In this document: positions 6,906 to 15,188 of the stretch, one piece after another | Layout: every line of letters begins with the position of its first letter | Numbering within the stretch: the stretch's first letter is position 1 | Virus record (IMG/VR): IMGVR_UViG_3300022555_000049 | Strand: one strand, 5' to 3' | Length of the DNA stretch: 20,000 bases | From: an uncultured virus (IMG/VR IMGVR_UViG_3300022555_000049) | Lineage: Duplodnaviria; Heunggongvirae; Uroviricota; Caudoviricetes | Notes under the pieces: generated by a model | The model's database searches: none | Seen by the model: only the letters and a program-made list of their open reading frames with translations | Told to the model about the DNA's origin: nothing | Made by a program: the position numbers and the translations under genes

Positions 6906-7295
6906 ATCACAAAAACAATTAATTATTTTTCTTCACGAAGATTTAGTAATGGATTAACCAGATATTTAATTGCGGATCACCCTGAACTTGTTAGTAGTTT
7001 AAATATAACTAATTTAGATGGGGGATCAATTTCAAAATCATTAATAGAGAATCCAGAACTAATCAATTATTTTAATGATAAGATTCTTAGTAAGATGGAT
7101 ATGATAGAAATTGGAAATATATTGAGATTACGTAAGGAATTATCTCCCCAATTAAAAAAATATAGTATTACTGAAACAATCATTGATTATCCAGAATATA
7201 TAGACAAATATGATTTAAGCATTTTAGATCAGAACAACATAAATAAAATCATAAATGCACATCCAGAATTAGCACCATACTTCAAAGAAAAATAA
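6898..7295 (+). pseudogene. helical-repeat protein, tandem paralog 4, frameshifted/internally deleted
   Basis: ATG 6898 gives MDKSQKQLI then loses frame. Another frame is open from 6906 to 7295 with the same repeats (YLIADHPELVSSLNITNLDGGSISKSLIENPELINYF...YDLSILDQNNINKIINAHPELAPYF), of which the track reports only 7095..7295. Confidence 0.75.
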
Positions 7296-7296
7296 T

Positions 7297-7306
7297 AGTA
7301 TTTATA
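7297..7306 (+). promoter_or_regulatory. AGTATTTATA putative late promoter motif
   Basis: 13 nt upstream of ATG 7320; the same motif precedes several other genes. Confidence 0.55.
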
Positions 7307-7319
7307 AAAAAGATTACCA

Positions 7320-8399
7320 ATGGACGAGAGAATTAAAAGATTATTATATCTAGCAGAGTTTGACTATAAGAAAGACAAAAAACTCATTAAGGAAAATGTT
7401 GATGTTTTATTTGAGTCAAAGCAAACTGAACAACAGGCAGCAGCGATATTAAAGTTACTTGATGAAAGAACTTTAACAGATTTAATTAATAAGTTTAAGA
7501 CTGTTGATTTAAGTAAAAATCAAGTATTATTACCATTAATGGCTAAATCATATTTGGAAGTTGGTAATAGAGGTTTAAATGAATTATTGATTTTATTTAA
7601 GAGTGTTTCTGAATTGATTAATGCCAATAAGATTACTACCCCACAAATTACTGATGCTGGGTATGTTGTTAACAATAAAACTTTTAGGAATTATTTAGGT
7701 TTTGCTGAATTCATTCATGGTTTAGAAGGAATGTCTAAGGGGCATGCTGAGTGGAAGGGTAAGATTAATTTAGAGACTGATGAGCCACCGATATTTGAGG
7801 GTAATGGTATTAAGGTTTATGATGGTAATGATGTTGGTAAATGTATTAAATATAGTACAGGAGGTTTAACTGGTAAGCATTATGGCTTTTGTATTGGTCA
7901 GCCAGCGAATACTATGTGGCAGAGTTATAGAGATAGTAAGACAAGTACTTTTTATTATATTATTGATCAGAACAGAGAATTAAATGATCCTTTACACATT
8001 ATTGTATTGGATTATACACAACATGGGATTGAGTTAACTGATGCCAATAATAGTACTGGAAATATTGCTGAGTATGGAGAAGATGTGGAGTCGTATTTAA
8101 AATATTTGAAATCTAAGGGTGTTCCAATAAATATATTTGTTAATAAGGAAAAAACTCCTGATGAAGAGGCTGAACAAGAAAAATTAGGAAGTGGGAATCC
8201 AGATTTGAATTGGTTCAAGAAATTATCATATGAAGAAAAGTCCAAGTATGTTGGTAGGGGACATTTATTGAGTGATGAGCAGTTTAATTATTTATGGGAC
8301 TTTAAGAATGATAAAGGTGGTTATCATTTATTGCATCAATATGTTGACACTGGTCAGGCGATTCCTGAAGAACAATTTAATGTATTGGTGAGTGATTAA
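7320..8399 (+). CDS. hypothetical large-phage protein, 359 aa, with (F/W)CI-motif domain and two C-terminal EQFNxL repeats
   Basis: Long ORF; CIKY...YGFCIG...WQSYR...TFYYIID core; repeats KSKYVGRGHLLSDEQFNYL / LHQYVDTGQAIPEEQFNVL. Confidence 0.85.
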   Translation: MDERIKRLLYLAEFDYKKDKKLIKENVDVLFESKQTEQQAAAILKLLDERTLTDLINKFKTVDLSKNQVLLPLMAKSYLEVGNRGLNELLILFKSVSELINANKITTPQITDAGYVVNNKTFRNYLGFAEFIHGLEGMSKGHAEWKGKINLETDEPPIFEGNGIKVYDGNDVGKCIKYSTGGLTGKHYGFCIGQPANTMWQSYRDSKTSTFYYIIDQNRELNDPLHIIVLDYTQHGIELTDANNSTGNIAEYGEDVESYLKYLKSKGVPINIFVNKEKTPDEEAEQEKLGSGNPDLNWFKKLSYEEKSKYVGRGHLLSDEQFNYLWDFKNDKGGYHLLHQYVDTGQAIPEEQFNVLVSD

Positions 8400-8422
8400 T
8401 AATAATTAGTAATAATTAGGTA

Positions 8423-9001
8423 TTAAGTATTTTTAAGTTTCTGTAGAGTTTTCTCTCCGTATTTTAAAATGAAATGTTCATGCAAGTAAATACCTCTGCA
8501 ATGTCTTTGTATTTCATGCATTGACAAATTTAGTTTTTGTCCTGCAATTTCCGTATTAGGGTAAATATCAATAAACTTTCCATATTCATCATAATGTTCA
8601 ACGGTATATCTTTTAGCGAATATTGGTAAGGTACGAGATTTTCTTCTATTGGCTTTCATTATTTTTATTCTCTCATAGATATAATCAATGAGTATTTTAT
8701 TTGGTATTGTTGTGAAACCAAATGTTAAGATTTCTTTTTCTTTAAACCAATAGGAATTATGGGCAAGTCTATTTTTAATTAATTTACATTCCAGTACATC
8801 ATAGATTTTGCTTTTAGCAGAACCGTTAATGATGTGGTAGTCTTTAAATATTTCAATTGCTGCATGTTTACAGGAATCCCAGACTTTCAATAGATTTCCC
8901 TCTTCATCATATTGAACAACCTTTATATATTTACTTTCGCTAAGTTTAGTTATGGTATTAGCATCTCTAATTCTACTTTTCCAATAGCCAGTGTGGTTCA
9001 T
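8423..9001 (-). CDS. NUMOD1/IENR1-like DNA-binding repeat protein without nuclease domain
   Basis: KVVQYDEEGNLLKVWDSCKHAA and VEHYDEYGKFIDIYPNTEIAGQKLNLSMHEIQRHCRG match the NUMOD1 pattern. Confidence 0.75.
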   Translation of the reverse strand: MNHTGYWKSRIRDANTITKLSESKYIKVVQYDEEGNLLKVWDSCKHAAIEIFKDYHIINGSAKSKIYDVLECKLIKNRLAHNSYWFKEKEILTFGFTTIPNKILIDYIYERIKIMKANRRKSRTLPIFAKRYTVEHYDEYGKFIDIYPNTEIAGQKLNLSMHEIQRHCRGIYLHEHFILKYGEKTLQKLKNT

Positions 9002-9010
9002 ATTATTGAT

Positions 9011-9415
9011 TTACATTAATGGGTCTTCTTTAAAATATTCGACAGTGTTTAGTTTGGACATGTCGAAAGTTTTTAAGATTGGTATAGTTGCAATAAGTTT
9101 ATTTTTGTCAAAATTTACCATTAAGATTTCTTCTCTAAATTCGTCACATCTCATTGCTTTACGTTTTGCATCATGGTCATCGGTTGCCAGTGTAAAATAA
9201 TATAATGCTTCACCTTTAAATATATTAGGGTTTGTATATTTAACACAGAATATGTATGTTATTGGTGCTTGATTGTATAATCTACCTTCACCGTTAAAGT
9301 AATGATAATTTTCATCAACATTTAATTGGAGTAAATATTCCTCTGGTAGATTTCTTTCAAATTCATCGATAACAAATCCTTTTTTATTTAATATTCTAAA
9401 ATTTACTTTTTTCAT
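9011..9415 (-). CDS. hypothetical protein, 134 aa
   Basis: Tightly packed in the - strand operon. Confidence 0.75.
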   Translation of the reverse strand: MKKVNFRILNKKGFVIDEFERNLPEEYLLQLNVDENYHYFNGEGRLYNQAPITYIFCVKYTNPNIFKGEALYYFTLATDDHDAKRKAMRCDEFREEILMVNFDKNKLIATIPILKTFDMSKLNTVEYFKEDPLM

Positions 9416-9733
9416 TTAGAAGTTGTTTCCGTTATTGGAAGGTATAATGGAATTTATATTATCAGTAGTTGAAGAATAATCACCAGTGGAAGTAATAATA
9501 TTTCCATTCTTAATACCTACATTCAATTTTTGATTAGTTTTTATTTCCTCATAATCGATATGTGGATATTGTTTTGAAAATGTTTCCATATAGTCACAAT
9601 TATTACATTTGTGTGGGAATTGTGGTGGGTAGGTACTAAACACAGTTTCCGTTGGTCTAAGATAACCCTTATTACATTTAGGGCAGCGATAATCTACTTG
9701 TACTTGTTTTACTTCTTTTCTAGTTTCTGACAT
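9416..9733 (-). CDS. zinc-ribbon protein, 105 aa
   Basis: CPKC...HKCNNC motif. Confidence 0.8.
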   Translation of the reverse strand: MSETRKEVKQVQVDYRCPKCNKGYLRPTETVFSTYPPQFPHKCNNCDYMETFSKQYPHIDYEEIKTNQKLNVGIKNGNIITSTGDYSSTTDNINSIIPSNNGNNF

Positions 9734-9746
9734 TTGGTAATTGTTA

Positions 9747-9959
9747 TTAGTGATCTCTAATTATTAATTCTTTATCAGTTATGATTATTTCATTTACTTC
9801 TTTTTTATATTTTTCATAAAGTTCGTCTACAACACTCATTATGTTTCCACATTTACAAGTACATAATCGATATGGCGGCATTGTTGCATAATGATATTCA
9901 TATTCTTCTATAATTTCACCACATCGGTCACAGATAATTGTATTAATATTTTTCTTCAT
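9747..9959 (-). CDS. small zinc-ribbon protein, 70 aa
   Basis: CDRCG...CTCKCG; ATGA overlap with the upstream dehydrogenase stop. Confidence 0.75.
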   Translation of the reverse strand: MKKNINTIICDRCGEIIEEYEYHYATMPPYRLCTCKCGNIMSVVDELYEKYKKEVNEIIITDKELIIRDH

Positions 9960-11230
9960 AATGTATAGGTATTTAAACTTTTACTCAACACGCCTTTCAC
10001 GTCATAAATAATTGAACTTGGGAGGGTTAAATGATCATAGTTATACGTTAAAAATTCATCATGAGCAACGGCAAGGATAATAGCATCATAAATTTTATCG
10101 TTTTTATTTATTAGCTCTATTCCATATTCATTTTTAACTTCATTTGGATTTGCATAATTGTCATAAACATCGACATGGGTGTTATAAGACAATAATTCGT
10201 TATAAATGTCAATAACTCTGCTATTTCTAATATCCGTACAATTTTCTTTAAAAGTAATGCCCAGTATTAATATTTTTGCATTATCAATTCTAATATGATT
10301 TTTAGCCATTAATTTAATTACTTCCGTAGCAATATATTTTCCCATGCCAGAATTTATTCTTCTTGCTGCCAATATTAATTCTGGATTGTAGCCATATTCC
10401 AAGGCTTTTTGGGCAAGATAATATGGATCGACACCAATGCAGTGTCCACCAACCAAACCTGCTTTAAATGGCAAGAAATTCCATTTAGAACCAGCTGCTT
10501 CTAAAACATCGTTGGTGTTAATGTCCATGAGATTAAAAATTTTTGCAAATTCATTAATTGTTGCAATATTTATATCTCTTTGGGTATTTTCGATTATTTT
10601 TGCTGCTTCAGCTACTTTAATTGAGGTTGCTTTGAATGTACCATTAAGCAATACTGAGTTATAAACATTATCTATTAATGTTGCAACTTCGGGAGTCGAG
10701 CCACTGGTAATTTTTTTAATTTTATCGATAGTATGTACTTTATCGCTAGGGTTTACACGTTCTGGTGAATAGCCAGCAAAAAAGTCTTTATTATATTTTA
10801 ATCCAGAAGATAGTTCAATCATTGGTATACATTCTTCTTCTGTGGCTGTTGGGTAAACAGTTGATTCATAAACAACGATATCTCCAATAGATATAACTTT
10901 ACCAACATCATGAGATGCCATTAATAATGGTTTCATATCAGGGTGGTTATATTTATCTACGGGTGTTGGGACAGTAACAATATAAAAATTTGAATCTTTA
11001 ACATCGTTTAAATCATTGGTACAGTACAAACCAACTTTATCATCGTTTGATGGTTTTAGTACCTGCTTTAATAATTCTTCATCTACTTCCAGAGTGCGAT
11101 CAATGCACATATTTAATTCATCGACTCTTTCTTTATTAATATCGATTCCAACCACAGAATATTTTGTGGCGAATAGTCTGGCTAATGGTAAACCAACATA
11201 ACCCAATCCAACTATAGCAATTTTCATCAT
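9956..11230 (-). CDS. tviB: nucleotide-sugar (UDP-GlcNAc/UDP-GalNAc) 6-dehydrogenase, TviB/WbpO/CapL family
   Basis: GLGYVGLP Rossmann motif, VTVPTP, YESTVYP, GYSPERVNP, KIIENTQRDINIA, catalytic GGHCIGVDPYYL, GITFKENCTDIRNS. Confidence 0.92.
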   Translation of the reverse strand: MMKIAIVGLGYVGLPLARLFATKYSVVGIDINKERVDELNMCIDRTLEVDEELLKQVLKPSNDDKVGLYCTNDLNDVKDSNFYIVTVPTPVDKYNHPDMKPLLMASHDVGKVISIGDIVVYESTVYPTATEEECIPMIELSSGLKYNKDFFAGYSPERVNPSDKVHTIDKIKKITSGSTPEVATLIDNVYNSVLLNGTFKATSIKVAEAAKIIENTQRDINIATINEFAKIFNLMDINTNDVLEAAGSKWNFLPFKAGLVGGHCIGVDPYYLAQKALEYGYNPELILAARRINSGMGKYIATEVIKLMAKNHIRIDNAKILILGITFKENCTDIRNSRVIDIYNELLSYNTHVDVYDNYANPNEVKNEYGIELINKNDKIYDAIILAVAHDEFLTYNYDHLTLPSSIIYDVKGVLSKSLNTYTL

Positions 11231-11406
11231 CTAACTTGTTTACGTAGGTCTTCAATTAATTTTCTATTTTCTTTCATAAAATTAGAATTTTCTTTAATTA
11301 AAGAATTATTTTTTCTAATGTTTTTTCTATTTAATGTAATTTGTCTAATTGCGAAGATTAGTACAATAATGTTTGTTATTGAGAGGAGTGTGTAAAGAAT
11401 GTCCAT
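11227..11406 (-). CDS. small TM + coiled-coil protein, 59 aa (not in ORF track)
   Basis: MDILYTLLSITNIIVLIFAIRQITLNRKNIRKNNSLIKENSNFMKENRKLIEDLRKQVR*; its TGA overlaps the dehydrogenase ATG. Confidence 0.7.
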   Translation of the reverse strand: MDILYTLLSITNIIVLIFAIRQITLNRKNIRKNNSLIKENSNFMKENRKLIEDLRKQVR

Positions 11407-11451
11407 TGGTGATAATGATTAAAATTTATTTGTTAATATTATTTGATTATT

Positions 11452-11910
11452 TTATCTTTCGAATTCGATGTATTGCGGTACTTTTGGTGTATAATCAGTT
11501 CCCCATAAATCAGAAGTTATCATTAAGTCTGCTGAGTGTCTATTACAAGCAACTGGAATGTTATGTATTCTACATTGACGCAAAAGCATTTGAATATCCG
11601 CTTCATGTGGATTTGCAGACAGATCATCGATAAGGAAAATACAAATATCAATTTCACCTGTTGCAACAAGGGCAGCAATTTGGGCATCACCACCCATCGG
11701 ACCGGAGTTGAATTTCGTTAAACGTATTAGTTTAAATCCGCTTGATGAGTTCATTACATATTTATGTAATGCTTCTTCAATTAGTTTACCAGTCGTACCT
11801 GTGCAATATAAATCATTATCCAATAACGTACTAGCATTATGCTCTGCCCATTCGACCATATCTTGCTTGCGCCGGTTGTGGGCAATAAGTGCAATCTTTT
11901 TATTTTTCAT
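11452..11910 (-). CDS. mgsA: methylglyoxal synthase
   Basis: IALIAHNRRK, CTGTTGKLI, SGPMGGDAQI, IFLIDDL, PHEADIQMLLRQC, IPVACN: complete MgsA motif set. Confidence 0.93.
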   Translation of the reverse strand: MKNKKIALIAHNRRKQDMVEWAEHNASTLLDNDLYCTGTTGKLIEEALHKYVMNSSSGFKLIRLTKFNSGPMGGDAQIAALVATGEIDICIFLIDDLSANPHEADIQMLLRQCRIHNIPVACNRHSADLMITSDLWGTDYTPKVPQYIEFER

Positions 11911-11922
11911 TTATTTTTTTTG

Positions 11923-11954
11923 TAAAGCTACGTAAAAAATAAATGATTTGCAAA
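11923..11954 (-). promoter_or_regulatory. Bacteroidota housekeeping-sigma promoter for mgsA operon
   Basis: TTTG-N20-TAGCTTTA (consensus TTTG-N19-21-TAnnTTTG, 1 mismatch). Confidence 0.6.
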
Positions 11955-11961
11955 CACTTTT

Positions 11962-12864
11962 TTATTTTTCTAGTTGTTTTTCCAAGATTTTTGCCATTTC
12001 ATATAATTTATGTACCAAAGAATTTTCATAAATTTTTTCAACGATAGTATTTCCATACATTTCTTCAATTGATGATTCTCCGTACATTTCCAAAACTTTT
12101 GATTCTTCGTTCATATAATTAATTCTTGATTTATCAAACATTTTTTGAACAATAGCATATTTCCACATTTCTTCAATTGCCGAATGTTCGTGCATTTCAA
12201 AAACTTTTGACATATGATTTAATTTATCTGCTTGTGACATGTTATGCATTTCCTCAATATTTGCATCGCCTTTAAGTACAACAATACGTGAATGGTCATG
12301 CATTTCGAATATCTTTGCTCTTTCAAACATTTTCATTACTTTGGTGTAGTTAAACATTTTATTTATTGATGAAAAACCGCCCATCTCAAGAACTTTCGTA
12401 CTGTCACGCATTTCACCAATATTTGCATTATCTGTCATAATATAAACCTCAGAATTATTATCAAAGACTTTTATTTTAGATTTATTATACATAGCAAATA
12501 CAACTGAATTTTTCACTTCTTCAATAATCGCATTGTTAGTTAGAATTGCCCCTTCGTGTAATAATATTGTTTTACGCCCTTTAATTATCATCGATGAAAT
12601 AATGTTTTGTAATTTAGAAATAATATTTATCTCAAATTCTCCTTTATACCAATTCGGTATATAAATTTCATTAATATATAAAGTATAGTTATTAACATCA
12701 TCAAGTCTATCTTTTGGGAGAAATGTTGCTTTAAAATAAGAATCTTTCTTATCACCAAACGAGATATATTTGCCAATTAAATCTTTATGAGATGTGGCAA
12801 ATACATCATGAATAATATCACCATTATTTTTTATTAGTACCAAATAAAAATTTTCCATAATCAT
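11962..12864 (-). CDS. 11-residue repeat (beta-helix-like) protein
   Basis: About 17-18 units of xMxxxSx(I/V)xE periodicity (EMRDSTKVLEMGGFSSINKMFNYTKVMKMFERAKIFEMHDHSRI...). Likely start at 12864/12858, downstream of AGTATTTAT at 12878-12886 (track start 12915). Confidence 0.8.
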   Translation of the reverse strand: MIMENFYLVLIKNNGDIIHDVFATSHKDLIGKYISFGDKKDSYFKATFLPKDRLDDVNNYTLYINEIYIPNWYKGEFEINIISKLQNIISSMIIKGRKTILLHEGAILTNNAIIEEVKNSVVFAMYNKSKIKVFDNNSEVYIMTDNANIGEMRDSTKVLEMGGFSSINKMFNYTKVMKMFERAKIFEMHDHSRIVVLKGDANIEEMHNMSQADKLNHMSKVFEMHEHSAIEEMWKYAIVQKMFDKSRINYMNEESKVLEMYGESSIEEMYGNTIVEKIYENSLVHKLYEMAKILEKQLEK

Positions 12865-12919
12865 AAGTGTTTCCTGAATAAATACTATTTGTTTAATATA
12901 AAATTTATTCACCAAAGTA

Positions 12920-12950
12920 TTGTATTATTAATTATTTTATATTATATTTG
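12920..12950 (+). promoter_or_regulatory. Bacteroidota housekeeping-sigma promoter
   Basis: TTG-N20-TATATTTG, 21 nt before ATG 12972. Confidence 0.7.
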
Positions 12951-12971
12951 GGTACTTAAAAACCAAAATAT

Positions 12972-13292
12972 ATGTTTGAGACAAATGATAACATGAGTGT
13001 AATTGAATCAGCAAATACACAAACAATTGAGATAAAAAGGGATGTTGAATTATATAATGAATTAAGACTTGCATTAGAGTTAATGAATAATGGTAAATTT
13101 AACTTAATGAAGGGTGAAATAAATAGCATTATTAATTTCGGAATTTCTACCCCATATCCACATGGATTGCCTGTGGAAGTTGGGATGCTATTTTATAACG
13201 TCAATATGGATTATGATATAAGCATAAAAGAAACCTCACAGTGTGTTTATAATGTTGAGAGATATTTTGAGATTACAATTAAAAGAGATTAG
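12972..13292 (+). CDS. hypothetical protein, 106 aa
   Basis: ORF with its own promoter; converges on the next gene with 4-nt stop overlap. Confidence 0.75.
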   Translation: MFETNDNMSVIESANTQTIEIKRDVELYNELRLALELMNNGKFNLMKGEINSIINFGISTPYPHGLPVEVGMLFYNVNMDYDISIKETSQCVYNVERYFEITIKRD

Positions 13293-13756
13293 TTATATAA
13301 ATTCTCAATTTCTTCCTGAATAATATTTTCCAGTTTCATTTTTTTCCTAATTTCTTCAACTTGTTCTGGAGTAATTTTGGCATTTAATATTGCATCCTTA
13401 TTTTCCTCCGTAAAGTCACGAACAAATGAACCAGATTTAAAATAAAGCAATCGATCCAATCTTACACTAATTGGTGCTCCCATAATAGGTCTTCCAGTTT
13501 CTGGATTTATAATTGGTTTATAATCAGCACCAAGTTTAGGTTTATTATTATCGAAAATTGTGATTATGTTTGCATCTTGTCTGTCATATCTACCTCTTTG
13601 ATCATCAGAGGTAGAGGCAGCGTATGTTAATTTCTTTCCATTTGCAAATCTAATGGAATTATCGGCTTTGATAAAGGTTACTGAATGAAATTTACCACTA
13701 TTGATAATATCTTTCATTTCTTGAACTTCTTGTGGGTTAGTTTTAAACGATAGCAT
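13289..13756 (-). CDS. SH3/WYL-like fold phage protein, 155 aa
   Basis: FHSVTFIKADNSIRFANG matches the phage F.V.F.K.DG..R pattern; C-terminal MKLENIIQEEIENL motif; AGTATTTATA at 13774-13783 upstream. Confidence 0.7.
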   Translation of the reverse strand: MLSFKTNPQEVQEMKDIINSGKFHSVTFIKADNSIRFANGKKLTYAASTSDDQRGRYDRQDANIITIFDNNKPKLGADYKPIINPETGRPIMGAPISVRLDRLLYFKSGSFVRDFTEENKDAILNAKITPEQVEEIRKKMKLENIIQEEIENLYN

Positions 13757-13781
13757 AGTTATTACGTTTTTGTTATAAATA

Positions 13782-14129
13782 CTATGCAGATACTCTTTTT
13801 GTTCCCCAACAATGTGGGCATACTTTTGTGTTTGATGATGAAGTATAATCTAACACAATTCCAGTTTCATTACAATTTGAGCATGGTTTTGTTGCATATG
13901 TTTGCGTTTGCGTTTGTGTTTCAAACATAAAATAGGTAATGTCTTCAACAAAACAATATTCTTCTTGAAATCTAGTGGTGAATTCCCAAGTGTCAGTTGA
14001 TTCTAAGCCATTATTCCATCTAACATAAAATGCTGTGTTTGTAGCCAACAAAATTGTAATGCTGCTTAATTTTAGGCGACTACTCACCGATCTTATTAAG
14101 TACGTATGTCCTTTTATTAAATCTTTCAT
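13782..14129 (-). CDS. hypothetical protein with DnaJ-type C-terminal zinc motif
   Basis: CSNCNETG...CPHCWGT. Confidence 0.75.
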   Translation of the reverse strand: MKDLIKGHTYLIRSVSSRLKLSSITILLATNTAFYVRWNNGLESTDTWEFTTRFQEEYCFVEDITYFMFETQTQTQTYATKPCSNCNETGIVLDYTSSSNTKVCPHCWGTKRVSA

Positions 14130-14140
14130 GATTAATATTT

Positions 14141-14314
14141 TTAATCTACAAATCCAATTATTTTTAAACTCTCTGGGTCGCAGAGCATTTTAACATCTTT
14201 ACCATCCACATCAATATGTACGACAGTTTTTTTATTTATTTTCTTTTCTCTATGGTATGTTCTACCCTTTTTACCTGTTTTTGTTTCCACAAGGTAGCCT
14301 GCATCTTTGCTCAT
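14141..14314 (-). CDS. small basic hypothetical protein, 57 aa (not in ORF track)
   Basis: MSKDAGYLVETKTGKKGRTYHREKKINKKTVVHIDVDGKDVKMLCDPESLKIIGFVD*; ATGA overlap with the upstream gene. Confidence 0.75.
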   Translation of the reverse strand: MSKDAGYLVETKTGKKGRTYHREKKINKKTVVHIDVDGKDVKMLCDPESLKIIGFVD

Positions 14315-14508
14315 AGTATTCTATTTTGTCTTTTGCCCCCAACAATGGTTAATAATATTTCATATGGTTCATATGGTTCTTGGGATAACGTTCTTTCGTT
14401 ATAATACACGATATCATAACCTCTGGTAACTAAATCATCAAAAACCGTTTGAATTTTATCCTCTTTAATTTTAATGCAAAATCTTTCGTATTTGATATAT
14501 CCTTCCAT
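14311..14508 (-). CDS. hypothetical protein, 65 aa
   Basis: First gene after the promoter at 14538-14568; translationally coupled to the next gene. Confidence 0.7.
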   Translation of the reverse strand: MEGYIKYERFCIKIKEDKIQTVFDDLVTRGYDIVYYNERTLSQEPYEPYEILLTIVGGKRQNRIL

Positions 14509-14537
14509 TTTCCAAAATTTTATTTAGTATTAATCAA

Positions 14538-14568
14538 CAAATGTATAAAAATATAATAACAATAACAA
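14538..14568 (-). promoter_or_regulatory. Bacteroidota housekeeping-sigma promoter
   Basis: TTG-N20-TACATTTG. Confidence 0.7.
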
Positions 14569-14612
14569 GTCTTTTGGTATTTATATTAAAATAAATTCAC
14601 ATAAAATTTAAT

Positions 14613-14780
14613 ATGATGACCAAAGAAAGGGAAATTGAGGTTTTAAAATATAAAATTGCTGGGCTTGAGGCGAAAATTGATAATTTCGAAAAATATAATA
14701 TTTCAGATAGAAAAATTAAAAATTTACAATTATTAAAGTTGAAATATGAGGATATGTTAGCTGGATTAGAATTAGAGTAA
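14613..14780 (+). CDS. small coiled-coil protein, 55 aa (not in ORF track)
   Basis: MMTKEREIEVLKYKIAGLEAKIDNFEKYNISDRKIKNLQLLKLKYEDMLAGLELE*; GTATTTATA motif at 14577-14585 upstream. Confidence 0.65.
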   Translation: MMTKEREIEVLKYKIAGLEAKIDNFEKYNISDRKIKNLQLLKLKYEDMLAGLELE

Positions 14781-15188
14781 AGAAAGTGGCAATTTATCTG
14801 CCCCTTTTCTTTTATGTACATATTCATTAATAAATCCACATTCCTTATCATAATCATTTGTACATATTGCAATATCATCAAGAAATGACTGATAATTATT
14901 CCTATAGTGATTGATAAAGCCATCAACTTCTTTTGTAATATCTTCTTCATCTTTAAGAATACCTTTTTCAAACAATCTTTTTATTGCAACAACAGTCCAA
15001 CTACTTAAATCAGCACCTAAATCTTTATGATTTTCTTTAATATATTTAATTACAATATCAGTTGTATATATTATATATGGTGCTAAATGTTTCTTATCTA
15101 TAGTTTCCAATAATGAAGAATATCTTACATATAATTCATTCATCTTATCTACTTCAATACCATTTACTTTATTTGTTAAATCTGTCAT
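14772..15188 (-). CDS. hypothetical protein, 138 aa
   Basis: Overlaps the end of the GMPR/IMPDH gene; co-oriented. Confidence 0.75.
   Translation of the reverse strand: MTDLTNKVNGIEVDKMNELYVRYSSLLETIDKKHLAPYIIYTTDIVIKYIKENHKDLGADLSSWTVVAIKRLFEKGILKDEEDITKEVDGFINHYRNNYQSFLDDIAICTNDYDKECGFINEYVHKRKGADKLPLSLL

Noticed and set aside
5341..7295. Diversity-generating retroelement or invertase shufflon behind the paralog array
   Set aside because: No reverse transcriptase or recombinase in the window, no TR/VR pair differing only at adenines, and all copies are co-oriented
13899..13921. TGTTTGCGTTTGCGTTTGTGTTT microsatellite
   Set aside because: In-frame hexamer encoding a TQTQTQT linker; no evidence of a regulatory role
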